This document shows positions 48,222 to 58,573 of a stretch of DNA of 64,000 nucleotides, piece after piece. Each line of letters begins with the position of its first letter. Within the stretch, counting starts at the first letter, position 1. This stretch comes from Chitinophaga sp. (GTDB taxonomy: Bacteria > Bacteroidota > Bacteroidia > Chitinophagales > Chitinophagaceae). The DNA lies in the NCBI RefSeq assembly GCF_036569185.1, contig NZ_DATCRD010000288.1, positions 1,676 to 65,675 of the forward strand, given 5' to 3'. The position numbers and the translations under genes are program-made. The notes beneath the pieces are model-generated. The model was not told the DNA's origin. It saw nothing but the letters and a program-made list of their open reading frames with translations, and did no database searches.

Positions 48222-51200
48222 ATGATCCAATTCCACATGAAGGGCATATTAAGATTAACCCTGGTTATGATGATGCTGTCCGGTCTGGCGCAAGCCCAAA
48301 ACAAAATCCCCGACCGGTTCCGGGTGAATGTGATAAGCAAAAGCATAACACTGAAAGATTTCTTTAAAGCCGTTCAAAAACAAACCAATCTGACGGTATA
48401 CTATTCTGACGAAAGCATCAACGTGCAGGATAAGATCTCCGTAAACTTTGTAAATACGCCGCTGGATGCCGCGTTAGAGCAATTACGCAGGGAGAAATCG
48501 TTTATCTATGAATACAATAACAGCAGCCTGCTGATCAAACCAGCCGGTAAGAATACCGGTTCCACTGCCGATCCCGGTTCCAGGATTAACCAGATAATAA
48601 CAGGGAAGGTTACAAACGACCAGGGAACAGCCCTGATCGGGGTCACAGTAGTCGTGAAAGGCACAACAATGGGCGCTACTACGGATTCGCTTGGCGAATA
48701 CCAGTTGTCTGTACCCGAAAACAGTAAAACACTTGTATTCAGTTATATAGGTTATGATACCCAGGAAGCAGCTATCAAAAATCAGAAAATAGTCAATATA
48801 GTTTTAAACCTGCATCATTCCGAAATGAATGAAGTGATTGTTGTTGGTTATGGCAAGCAAAAGAAAATAACGACCATCGGGGCGCAAAGCACTATTACCG
48901 CTGAAGAATTAAAACAGCCGGTCGCTAATCTCAGCAACCTGGTTGCCGGTCGCGTAGCCGGTATTATCGGCGTGCAACGGAGCGGAGAGCCAGGTTTTGA
49001 TAATTCTGAAATTTATATCAGGGGTATCTCTACGTTTACCAGCAGCTCGCCGCTGATACTGGTAGATGGGGTAGAAAGATCATTTAACAATATAGATCCT
49101 GAAGACATCGCCAGCTTTACTATTCTTAAAGATGCATCAGCCACTGCTGTTTATGGTGTTAGGGGGGCTAACGGCGTTATTCTCATCGAAACAAAAAAAG
49201 GAAAGCTGGGAAAAACAACCATCAATGCACAAATAGATTATGGACGAACAGAATTTACCAGGCTGCCGAAATTTGCAGATGGGGTTACCTACCTGGAAAT
49301 CTCGAATGAAGCATATAAAAACAGTAATCCTAACGATCCGTTGCCGAGGTATTCACAGGAAAGGATCCAAAAAACCGCCGACAAATCTGATCCGGACCTG
49401 TCGCCGGATGTAGATTGGTTCAGCGCCATCTTTAATAAATATGGCAGTAACCGAAGGGTAAGGGTCAATGCTAACGGAGGATCTGATAAAGCTCAATATT
49501 ACTTGTCCATTGGTTATTACGATGAAACAGGTATGTTTAAAACGGACGAATTAGCCAGGTATAATTCGTCCATAAAATTTAACAGGTATAACTTTACCTC
49601 CAACCTTACATTAAACGTTACTAAAACTACCAAAGTGGATTTTGGGGCATCCGGATGGATCAGCAATGGTAATTACCCCGGTAGCGCTACCGGCTCTGTG
49701 TTCAACGCAGCTTATGTAATGCCTCCTGTCTCAATTCCTGTCAAATATTCGAATGGCTATTTTTCGCAGGTACGAACAGGCGATATGGCCAATCCTTACA
49801 CTATGCTAACACAGTCGGGGTATTCCACCAGGTTCAACAGCCAGTTGTGGAGTAACATCCGTGTTACGCAAAACCTCGACTTTATAACCAACGGCCTTTC
49901 AATTACCGGTATGTTCTCGTTCGATAATAACAACGGACATAATATTTCAAGGAGTAAATCAGTAGATGGTTATCTCGCAACCGGGAGAGATGGGCAGGGG
50001 AACCTGCAATTCATACAAACACAGATAGGTACAAATTACCTGGGTTATAACCGTGAAAACGGCGGGTCACGGCAATTCTATCTCGAATCTGCTATCAATT
50101 ATAACCGTTCATTCGGCAAGCACCTGGTTACCGGAATGCTGCTATATAATCAATCAGACAGGATAGATGCTTTTGCGGGAGATTTCATCAGCTCTATTCC
50201 ATACCGGTATGTTGGCCTTGCAGGAAGGGCTACCTATGCTTATGATACCCGGTATCTTGCAGAAATGAACTTCGGTTACAATGGATCGGAAACTTTTGCA
50301 CCAGATCGCCGGTTTGGCTTTTTCCCCTCTTTCGGTTTGGGATGGGTGGTTTCCCAGGAAAAATTCCTTGAAGGAATTAAAGATGCTGTGTCATTCCTGA
50401 AACTAAGGTTCTCTTATGGTGAAGTGGGAAACAGTAATATTGGTGGAAGAAGATTTGCCTATATCGCCACTGTTGCGGGCGCCGGCGGTTATGACTATGG
50501 ACAGAACAATATCAACAATTCAATAGGCGGACTGAATTTCGGTGATTACGCGGTAGATGTTACCTGGGAAAGAGCAAAAAAATACAACCTGGGCATCGAG
50601 CTCAGGACCTGGAATGATGCGATCTCATTTACGGCAGATCTTTTCAAGGAAAAAAGACGTGGTATATTCCGTCAGCGTGGCGACATCCCCCAATTTGCAG
50701 GGATCACCAATCTGCCCTACGCCAACCTGGGCGCAGTAAATAACAAAGGAATAGACGCCACACTGGAGATAAATAAACAGGTAGGTAACTTCAGGCTGGG
50801 ATTCCGCGGAAATATAACCTGGAACCGGGCTACGGTGATAGATGATGCCAATGCTCCCTGGCCTTATCCCTGGCAACAGCGTATAGGGCGAAAGCTGGGG
50901 CAGCGGTTCGGTTATATTGCTCTGGGACTATTCCAATCGGAAGATGAAATTTCCCATAGCCCCTTCCAGCCTGGCACCAACAAACCGGGGGATATTAAGT
51001 ATAAAGATATGAATGAAGATGGTAAGATCGACTCTTATGACCAGGCTCCTATTGGTAATGGAAGCATGCCGGAAATCGTATATGGTTTCGGACCAACTAT
51101 CGGGTGGAAAAACTGGTCATTGGCGGCATGGTTCAAAGGGATCGGGAATGTGGATATAACGCTGTATGGCGACGGCTTCCGGCCATTTACATATGGCGGT

Positions 51201-51557
51201 GAACGTGGTAACCTGCTGGCGCAGATAACAGACAGGTGGACGCCCGACAATCCGAATCCCCATCCCTTCTATCCAAGGATCACTTATGGAGCTGATAATA
51301 TGAACTATGAAGGAAGTACCTGGTGGATGAAGAACGGGGCTTTCCTGAGGTTGCAGACCCTTCAGCTGAATTATGAATTAAGTAAAAACAAATGGTTATC
51401 CCGCCTGGGCATTTCAACACTGGATGTTTACTTCATCGGGTATAACCTGGCTACATTCAGTGGTTTTAAGCTGTGGGATGTGGAACTGGGCGATGGAAGG
51501 GGGTCGCAATACCCGCTGCTGAAGACTTATAACCTCGGCCTGAGATGTAACTTCTGA
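48222..51557 (+). CDS. susC: SusC/RagA TonB-dependent transporter with STN domain
   Basis: Motifs 'EVIVVGYG', 'PLILVDGVER', 'DIASFTILKDASATAVYGVRGANGVILIETK' and 'YPLLKTYNLGLRCNF'. Confidence 0.95.
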   Translation: MIQFHMKGILRLTLVMMMLSGLAQAQNKIPDRFRVNVISKSITLKDFFKAVQKQTNLTVYYSDESINVQDKISVNFVNTPLDAALEQLRREKSFIYEYNNSSLLIKPAGKNTGSTADPGSRINQIITGKVTNDQGTALIGVTVVVKGTTMGATTDSLGEYQLSVPENSKTLVFSYIGYDTQEAAIKNQKIVNIVLNLHHSEMNEVIVVGYGKQKKITTIGAQSTITAEELKQPVANLSNLVAGRVAGIIGVQRSGEPGFDNSEIYIRGISTFTSSSPLILVDGVERSFNNIDPEDIASFTILKDASATAVYGVRGANGVILIETKKGKLGKTTINAQIDYGRTEFTRLPKFADGVTYLEISNEAYKNSNPNDPLPRYSQERIQKTADKSDPDLSPDVDWFSAIFNKYGSNRRVRVNANGGSDKAQYYLSIGYYDETGMFKTDELARYNSSIKFNRYNFTSNLTLNVTKTTKVDFGASGWISNGNYPGSATGSVFNAAYVMPPVSIPVKYSNGYFSQVRTGDMANPYTMLTQSGYSTRFNSQLWSNIRVTQNLDFITNGLSITGMFSFDNNNGHNISRSKSVDGYLATGRDGQGNLQFIQTQIGTNYLGYNRENGGSRQFYLESAINYNRSFGKHLVTGMLLYNQSDRIDAFAGDFISSIPYRYVGLAGRATYAYDTRYLAEMNFGYNGSETFAPDRRFGFFPSFGLGWVVSQEKFLEGIKDAVSFLKLRFSYGEVGNSNIGGRRFAYIATVAGAGGYDYGQNNINNSIGGLNFGDYAVDVTWERAKKYNLGIELRTWNDAISFTADLFKEKRRGIFRQRGDIPQFAGITNLPYANLGAVNNKGIDATLEINKQVGNFRLGFRGNITWNRATVIDDANAPWPYPWQQRIGRKLGQRFGYIALGLFQSEDEISHSPFQPGTNKPGDIKYKDMNEDGKIDSYDQAPIGNGSMPEIVYGFGPTIGWKNWSLAAWFKGIGNVDITLYGDGFRPFTYGGERGNLLAQITDRWTPDNPNPHPFYPRITYGADNMNYEGSTWWMKNGAFLRLQTLQLNYELSKNKWLSRLGISTLDVYFIGYNLATFSGFKLWDVELGDGRGSQYPLLKTYNLGLRCNF

Positions 51558-51585
51558 CAACTTATTCTCTGCAAACAGAAAAACA

Positions 51586-53382
51586 ATGACTATGCTTCGA
51601 TATACCAGGATCAATATATTACTTTTAGCTGCCGGCATACTAAGCTTCACCTCCTGCAAGAAATTCCTTAACCAGGTGCCTGATGACAGGATCACTATGG
51701 AAGAAGTATTTAAAAAGAAAGCCACCTCAGAACAATTTCTTGCCAGTGTATACAGTTATGTGCCGGATGAATGGGAAGCTATCCATAATTTCCCCTGGGT
51801 AGGAACGAGCGATGAAGCGGATCTTACCTGGTCTGGCTCTTCCAATTACCAGATCAACATTGGTAACCTTAGTCCTGCCAACAACTCCTTTGAATACTGG
51901 GGCTCTTATTACCAGGCTATCCGTTCAGCCACTTACTTCATCAATCATATAGACGAAAACAACGAAATACGCAACCTAAGTGGTCAGCAGCTTATAGACC
52001 AGTACAAGGCAGAAGCAAGATTCCTCAGGGCCTATTATTATTTCTGCCTCATGCGCCAGTATGGCCCTGTGATTTTATTGGGAGAAGATGTTATTGCTCC
52101 GGATGCTCCGGCCGGCAATATGCAGCTTCCGCGAAGTACGTATGACGACTGCGTTAATTACGTAGTAAGCGAACTGGATAAAGCCGCCGGGGTGCTGCCG
52201 CTGGTTCCGCAGAGAAACGGACAGCCAAACGATGCCGAATATGGCAGGGCTACGAAGGGGATGGCATTAGCTGTCAAAGCCCGGTTGCTGTTATACGCTG
52301 CAAGTCCTTTGTACAATGGGAATACAGACGCGCTGTTGTCTTCCTTCAAGAGTGCTGAAGGCGCCCCGCTGATCTCGCCGGTGAAGGATGCTGAAAAATG
52401 GAAAAAGGCTGCAGATGCTGCAAAGGCGGTCATTGATCTGAACATTTACGGTTTGTATAAAGACCCGTCGGGCGATGTAATAAAAACATTGGAGGGAATT
52501 TTTTTCCAGGGATGGAACAATGAACAGATATTCGTCCGTAAAGGGAATGGATTAAGCCAATGGGATGTACATTGCATGCCCAGGCAGGCTGGCGGATGGT
52601 GCGGCATCGGGCCAACACAGGAAATGATAGACACTTATTTTATGTCAGATGGTAAGCTGCCTTCGGAATCGCCCTTATATTCCCAAACTGGTTTTACCAC
52701 CGTAAACGGAGAGAAGATTTTCAATATGTACATAAACAGGGAGCCGAGGTTTTACAGGGATGTTACTTATAACAATAGTGTATGGCAGGGCGGTACAATG
52801 CAATCGCCCGCGCCTGTCAGCTTCTTCGTTTCAGGGCCTAACGGGCGAAACGGGCATCCAACGGATTTTTCGAAAACCGGTTACCTGGTCCGGAAAAATG
52901 TAGGCCCCACCACTAATATAGGTTCGGGAGGTAATGGACAGCGGCAGGACAGGCCCGCTCCTTTATTCCGGCTGGCGGAGATCTACCTGAACTATGCGGA
53001 GGCGCTCAATGAGTATACCCCGGGGAATCCTGATATTGTCAGGTATCTCAACATGATCCGCGAGCGGGCAGGTATTCCGCAATATGGCGCTGGTCTTCCA
53101 TTACCGGGCGGGCAGGATGAAATGCGTCAAAAGATCCGGGCGGAAAGAAAAGTAGAACTGGCTTATGAAGGGCACCGCTTTTTTGATATTCGCAGATGGA
53201 AAATTGCACCACAGGTAATGGGTACTATGCATGGCATGGATATCAGCAAGGATGGAGATGCTTTTTACAACAGGGTAGCAACCATGACACCGCACCTGTT
53301 TATGCCGTCTTATTACTGGTGGCCTATTAGTCAATATGAGCTGGACAGGGATAAAAAAATAATTCAGAACCCTGGTTGGTGA
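51586..53382 (+). CDS. susD: SusD/RagB lipoprotein
   Basis: Lipobox 'FTSC'; 'AEARFLRAYYYF', 'REPRFY', 'RLAEIYLNYAEALNE', 'ERKVELAYEGHRFFDIRRW' and 'QNPGW'. Confidence 0.95.
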   Translation: MTMLRYTRINILLLAAGILSFTSCKKFLNQVPDDRITMEEVFKKKATSEQFLASVYSYVPDEWEAIHNFPWVGTSDEADLTWSGSSNYQINIGNLSPANNSFEYWGSYYQAIRSATYFINHIDENNEIRNLSGQQLIDQYKAEARFLRAYYYFCLMRQYGPVILLGEDVIAPDAPAGNMQLPRSTYDDCVNYVVSELDKAAGVLPLVPQRNGQPNDAEYGRATKGMALAVKARLLLYAASPLYNGNTDALLSSFKSAEGAPLISPVKDAEKWKKAADAAKAVIDLNIYGLYKDPSGDVIKTLEGIFFQGWNNEQIFVRKGNGLSQWDVHCMPRQAGGWCGIGPTQEMIDTYFMSDGKLPSESPLYSQTGFTTVNGEKIFNMYINREPRFYRDVTYNNSVWQGGTMQSPAPVSFFVSGPNGRNGHPTDFSKTGYLVRKNVGPTTNIGSGGNGQRQDRPAPLFRLAEIYLNYAEALNEYTPGNPDIVRYLNMIRERAGIPQYGAGLPLPGGQDEMRQKIRAERKVELAYEGHRFFDIRRWKIAPQVMGTMHGMDISKDGDAFYNRVATMTPHLFMPSYYWWPISQYELDRDKKIIQNPGW

Positions 53383-53440
53383 GAAAGGGAAAAGAGCCGC
53401 CTCATCCTGGCTTATTTTCAGAGATGCTCGTTACCATATA

Positions 53441-55384
53441 TCAGTAATATCTGAGTAGTTGCTTTAATTCATCTGCAAAAAAAGTATTTCTTGAGATGGC
53501 AGTATCTATCTCATTATATTTCTGCGCTAGGAAGGTCTGCCGGTTTAAGATACTGTTTTTATGTACTTTCAGACCGACATACAACTGTCGGATACTGTTT
53601 TCCATACTGGCTTTCTGTATGGCTAGTTCCCGTGATAGCTTAGCCAGCTCTTTATTGATTTGTTCATAGTCTGGTTTATATTCAAATCCATTCGCCATCT
53701 GTTGTTGCCAGGAAATTAGGATTTGCATGTTTTTGGGGCCGATTCCTGCTATTTTTATCTTATTCAACCTGCTGATATCTGCAGCAGTAAGGATCCCATT
53801 ATCATACAAGAGTTGTTTTTTGGCCGCCCACAAAGAAGGTATCTCGAAATCAACAATTAAAAATCCAGCTAAATAAAGGGACAGCTGTTTATGATACCAC
53901 TTTTCTTCAACCAACCGCCGTTCTTTCAGGTAGGGGTCCGGCAACTTTTTGTATTCTTTGATAGATGCATTAATGGCATCCTGTACATCGCGGTAATGTT
54001 TGAGCTCTTTGGGATGATCATACTCCATTACAATGGTCAACTGCTGCTTTTTCATATCCTGGATCAACCCGATTCCTCTCTCTAGTTCCCGCTCTATTTT
54101 ACGGCGAAAGGGAGACTTAACATGATACATCGCCAGGAAAATAATCGCAAGCAATACGAAAGCCGAATGTATTACTGCAAAAGCAGCAATGATAGCCCCA
54201 CCGACAAAAGCCGTTAACAGATGCAACCAACGATACCGATACCAACGCGGATCAATTTTCCCCTGAGTCAACGGTGTATGTAAATACCTTACCTTAAATT
54301 TTTCTAGTGATAATTTTTCTGTATTGATGTCGTTGAGGAACATCGCAAATTCCTGATTATCGGCAAGGATATTTCGCTCACTGTCGTCCAGAAAATAAAC
54401 AATTCCTTTCTTCGCTTGAAAATCACACCATGGACAATTCTCCATCGTTTTTGGGTAGGTATGTATTTTAGTTTTCCCACAGGTAATAATATCTTTACTG
54501 AATATATCCAAGGCAACCATCCACTCTTTCGACGAAGGCCGTTGGTCCTGGTTTTCAAAAGCACGATGGAATAGTGTGATCAGTCCGTCACTGAGATCAG
54601 CGATATCAAAACTATTCAATGGTGGTAATAACCGTTTATATTGCTTTTTTAGGGAATATGCAAATTCCTGCTCACGGATGGCGCGCTCTTCATCAAAATC
54701 CTCAGCCGAATTATTACGACCAGCGAAGGGATGTCTACCTAAAAAGAGGATTTGAAAAAGTAAGATCGCCAGTGAAAAGGCGTCCGTATTAACAGTTCTC
54801 ACTACCTGACTAAAACTTTTTGCGGATAGCAGTTCCGGCGGTGTATAACGGGGTACACCCACCTCACAGAAATAATAATGGTCTTTGTTTTTTATCTGAA
54901 AAGAGTCACAATCAATAAACGCAACCATCCCTTGCGGGTTTACCAGGATATTCCCTTCATTTACATCTCCGATGATCAATCCTTCCACATGCAGAGAATG
55001 AAAAGCAGTAGCAAGATTCCGGGCTACATGTACCAAGAAATTATATCCTTTGTCAGGGAATAATTTCTTACGGTCCATGGGATTAAACAACATATGCAGC
55101 GGCACATAACCCGTTAGTTTGTTCATCACAAATCCCTCTACTCTTCCGTTATGAATGGCCAGGTCCAGTGGCCATGCGGCAAACCGGTATATAGCAGGCC
55201 GCCGCATCGTGGTCATGTAACGGAGCTTATCCATTTTATCGCTTGCCAGTTCCTCCGTATAAATTTTCAATAATATAGCAGGCGATTCGCGTACCTCAAA
55301 TACATGTCCTTCACCACCTTTTCCTATTTCATTGCCGATAGTATAAAGGCGAACACCATCTGCTCCTTTATAAGTGGTTATCAT
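53441..55384 (-). CDS. YegI-like Ser/Thr protein kinase with TM segment and C-terminal helix-hairpin-helix
   Basis: Motifs 'IGKGGEG.V', 'LLKIY', 'IGDVNEGNILV', 'IDCDSFQ', 'YTPPEL' and 'TDAFSLAILLFQIL..GRHPF'; TM stretch; HhH 'IAGIGPK'. Confidence 0.88.
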   Translation of the reverse strand: MITTYKGADGVRLYTIGNEIGKGGEGHVFEVRESPAILLKIYTEELASDKMDKLRYMTTMRRPAIYRFAAWPLDLAIHNGRVEGFVMNKLTGYVPLHMLFNPMDRKKLFPDKGYNFLVHVARNLATAFHSLHVEGLIIGDVNEGNILVNPQGMVAFIDCDSFQIKNKDHYYFCEVGVPRYTPPELLSAKSFSQVVRTVNTDAFSLAILLFQILFLGRHPFAGRNNSAEDFDEERAIREQEFAYSLKKQYKRLLPPLNSFDIADLSDGLITLFHRAFENQDQRPSSKEWMVALDIFSKDIITCGKTKIHTYPKTMENCPWCDFQAKKGIVYFLDDSERNILADNQEFAMFLNDINTEKLSLEKFKVRYLHTPLTQGKIDPRWYRYRWLHLLTAFVGGAIIAAFAVIHSAFVLLAIIFLAMYHVKSPFRRKIERELERGIGLIQDMKKQQLTIVMEYDHPKELKHYRDVQDAINASIKEYKKLPDPYLKERRLVEEKWYHKQLSLYLAGFLIVDFEIPSLWAAKKQLLYDNGILTAADISRLNKIKIAGIGPKNMQILISWQQQMANGFEYKPDYEQINKELAKLSRELAIQKASMENSIRQLYVGLKVHKNSILNRQTFLAQKYNEIDTAISRNTFFADELKQLLRYY

Positions 55385-55658
55385 TGTTTAATCTTGAAGC
55401 AAGAAAAAGGGTTTTGTCATCATCTGTTCTGTTATTGATTATCTGACTCCCCAAATAGGTTTCCAACTTGTGATGGAGTATCGTGATATGCTCTTCCTGA
55501 GCGGCCATACGTACGGATTTAAACATGTCTATAAAAAATGGTTGGTGTACATTCATTTCTGCATTATTCAGGGCGACCGTTTGCAATCCATCCGTAAACA
55601 TAGCCACTTCAGTCACGGAAGAGTTAATCTTTAATACCTGTATAAGCGAAGGTACATT
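55368..55658 (-). pseudogene. 3' remnant of a YegK-like PP2C phosphatase
   Basis: Retains 'MFTDGLQ', 'HQPFF' and 'RTDDDKTL' and overlaps the kinase start. An in-frame TAA at 55659-55661 bounds it, and the N-terminal NQD/ADG motifs are absent. Confidence 0.78.
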
Positions 55659-55741
55659 TTAGATACAAAACCGTTTCAATTTAATTTATATCTATTCTAC
55701 TTTATCAGCCTAAAAAGTCAGATAATGAAATGACACACGGT

Positions 55742-56371
55742 TTAAGAAAACCAGCTATTGACAAATAGGATCATATCCACCTCACCCTCAATCATAGCAT
55801 AAATAAAATAATGAAGTGGGTTGATAAAGTATAAAAAGTCACGAATAATTTCTTTTCCATTGACGGGTTCAAGAAGCTCATAACTGTTGTAATAAACGAG
55901 GAAATTCTTGTCGTAATGTGCAGTGGACTTGTTCCTGATTTTTGGCATGATTCGGTCGTAATCGTACTTCTCTTTAAATTCGGTAAGTTCATCATTGAGC
56001 ATTCGGAAAAAATTCTGAAATTCTTCTTTCTTTTCTTGGTTGACTGAGAAAAAAAGCTCCTTTTTAAATTGGTGGTAGGTATTGATGGTTTCGTAAATAA
56101 TCAGGTAGGAGATTTTAAGGTTGAAGAATTTTTCCCAGTCCAGTTTCGATCTTTTGAAATTCTTATAACTACTGAGTAAGTCAATATAGGAAGTTGTAAC
56201 AAAACTAAAAAACTCGGTAGTCATTTTTCTTTGTTCAACCTCGTGTTTTTTCTTAGAGCTGATTTTCTTACCGAGTAGAGCGTTGTAAACTTTAAGATCA
56301 TCGGCACACATGGCGATTTCGCTTTGGTAATGAGTGATCTTTTCATCGATCTCTTTGATAGTCATCATCAT
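55742..56371 (-). CDS. Putative stand-alone HEPN-domain ribonuclease
   Basis: Sequence looks all-helical, with 'KIRNKSTAHYD' (Rx5H) in the C-terminal half. Start is at the MMMT cluster. Confidence 0.6.
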   Translation of the reverse strand: MMMTIKEIDEKITHYQSEIAMCADDLKVYNALLGKKISSKKKHEVEQRKMTTEFFSFVTTSYIDLLSSYKNFKRSKLDWEKFFNLKISYLIIYETINTYHQFKKELFFSVNQEKKEEFQNFFRMLNDELTEFKEKYDYDRIMPKIRNKSTAHYDKNFLVYYNSYELLEPVNGKEIIRDFLYFINPLHYFIYAMIEGEVDMILFVNSWFS

Positions 56372-56543
56372 ATTAGGTGGGGGTAAGAAGTTAAAATTAA
56401 ACAAGCTGATTTTCCTTAAATGTGGTGTAGTTCAGCATTTCATTAGGCAAATAAATGAAAATAAATGTAATTGAAAGAAGTGATATTTTCACATAAATAA
56501 GACGTAATTATCTGTTAATCAAATCATTACATAGAATTCACAG

Positions 56544-57730
56544 TTATTTATGGGTCTTATTTTGAAAGGCAATTGTAATGCTAGTTTTTATCGCTGGGTC
56601 AATCTTTACGGCTTCATTAAAACAAAACATGGTCATATTGCGATTATTCATATTAAGTTGAGCTAACCCAAGATAAAATAATGACACTGCTTTTTCTTTT
56701 CCTGTTGCATGTATTAGTGACTGCCCAAATAGTTCTGACGATTTACGATTTTTTTTTGCATCAAAGTATTTTTTACCTTCTGAAAGGTACTTACGTACTC
56801 TATCTTGGGTTAAAACCTGAACCGGGATTTGGTATTTACTTAATACATTATCAATAAAATCAATCTCATCATATTTGGAAAGGTTCGATTTTAGTAACCC
56901 ATTATCATTACGATGATATAAAATACCCAACTGCGCTTGTCTAATATGTAGTGCTACGCTTTTATAGTTACTTGCCCCTTCAAAAAAATGCACAGAATAT
57001 GCACCCTCAGAAGCATCTCCATGTCCAATAGTATGTTCACCATCTCCCAATAAACTAATATTGCCACGGTATATCCTATTATACCTAACAAAATTAAAAG
57101 CACCATTATTAAATCCTACAGACACTTTGAATCCACCGACAGATTGGACATTTCCCATTTCAATTACATAATCCATAGATCCATCATTTTGGACAATATT
57201 GAGCTTGGTATCGAAGGAACAATTGAAAGATAAAAATCTTTGATTTCCAAAACGGGACTGGAGGTATTTTCACGATCGTCAACTTGTCTTTTGCCATAGT
57301 CTTCTTGTTGATTTTTTGAAGGTAACTTGTCCATCATATATGCCTGAAAAATCTCAAATGCATTTTTATCTCCCAGGTAGCAATTAGGAACTAGCCCAAA
57401 CTTATTATTCTTAAATTCATAAATTAAAACAGGATTACCTGTGCAATAGAGAAATTCCGTCCTATTTTCAGATAAGATATGATAATATTTGAGAACATCA
57501 ATTATTTGCTCGTCTGTTGCCATACTCCCTATGCTTTTGAGTGCCGATTCCGCAAAATCAATTTCACCCGCAAAAGCAATACATTGATTTTTACCGATAA
57601 TCACAGTCTTTATGACTCCTTCACTAGGGTCAGTTTTTCGTTGTTTGATTTCATGATCTGGATATGTCAACTTTGTATCACTAACTATAGCAATATTTTG
57701 TCCATCTTGACGAGCAACAATAAGAGTCAT
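56544..57730 (-). pseudogene. Proteasome-beta/HslV/Anbu-like Ntn hydrolase fused to TPR, split into two ORFs (57164..57730 and 56544..57176)
   Basis: N-terminal Thr1, D17, K19, 'IKTV' and 'IAFAG' are in ORF1. 'QSVGG' and TPR-like helices are in ORF2. Adding one base at 57177/57178 joins the frames. Confidence 0.65.
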
Positions 57731-57782
57731 ACTTTTGGGAAATTTTGATCAGTTAAACTGCGTAATTAGTTACTTTACAAAG

Positions 57783-57814
57783 AGGAATAGCCACCAGTTG
57801 CGGTGGCTATTCCT
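57783..57814. terminator. Intrinsic terminator / strong hairpin downstream of the immunity gene
   Basis: AGGAATAGCCACC-agttgc-GGTGGCTATTCCT, a perfect 13-bp stem. Confidence 0.7.
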
Positions 57815-58038
57815 TTCATTAATCTGTATTTTTAGCTAACTATTTTACTCAAATATTCCATTCATTGGCAACCGTATCTCCTAGCATTTAACCCAATTAT
57901 TAGGAAGTTTTTTTTTTTTTTAAATTAGCTCCCCTTAGGTATTGCGAAAATTTTGACTCTAAGAAGCGCAACTTGATTGTTTGGGGAATAAGAAATTTTC
58001 CCTTAATTATCAACTATATCTATTATAGATAGATACTG

Positions 58039-58569
58039 TTATATACCAATTAAGAATCTAATTTTATCAATTTCGCGATTATATAGTTGAGTATTAATCT
58101 CAGAGAATTTTTCTACGACTCCTCGATTTCTTTCAAATAGCTCTTTGCTTGTAACGCCTATAACACCCATCATAGCATCAAAACAAGTTGCTTTGAGATA
58201 ATCATTTTCAACTGGATTAAAGGAAATATTATAGAATATCTTTAGAAGCCTTGCATCATTAGATCCAATATAAGCCTGAGCAAGAGAAGACGCGCATGTC
58301 ATCCTCAGGTCCTCATCTTCATGTTCATCAGATAAATATTTAATTGCGGTTTCCTTGTATCTGTCATCCTTACTTTTCAGCATGAAGAGAATGGCCTTAA
58401 TTGCAATACTTTTAATATCGGCTCTTTTGTCTTCTAGAAATTTTTCATAAATGGGTAAATATGAAAAATCATCAAGGTGGCTATAAGCCAGATCATACAA
58501 ATAATCATACAATTTCAGATCATCGTTATAAATACCTTTAATTGTTTCTTCTATACGCTTTATACTCAT
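58039..58569 (-). CDS. Cognate immunity protein, HEAT-repeat-like
   Basis: Starts 4 nt after the toxin stop and has no signal peptide. Amphipathic helical repeats 'DIKSIAIKAIL', 'DLRMTCASSLA' and 'YLKATCFDAM'. Confidence 0.75.
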   Translation of the reverse strand: MSIKRIEETIKGIYNDDLKLYDYLYDLAYSHLDDFSYLPIYEKFLEDKRADIKSIAIKAILFMLKSKDDRYKETAIKYLSDEHEDEDLRMTCASSLAQAYIGSNDARLLKIFYNISFNPVENDYLKATCFDAMMGVIGVTSKELFERNRGVVEKFSEINTQLYNREIDKIRFLIGI

Positions 58570-58573
58570 ATAT

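Noticed and set aside
57908-57921. T14 homopolymer as a phase-variation switch
   Set aside because: It lies in an intergenic stretch. The only spanning minus-strand frame is about 43 codons with no recognisable motif, and no promoter could be tied to it. It may also be a sequencing artefact.
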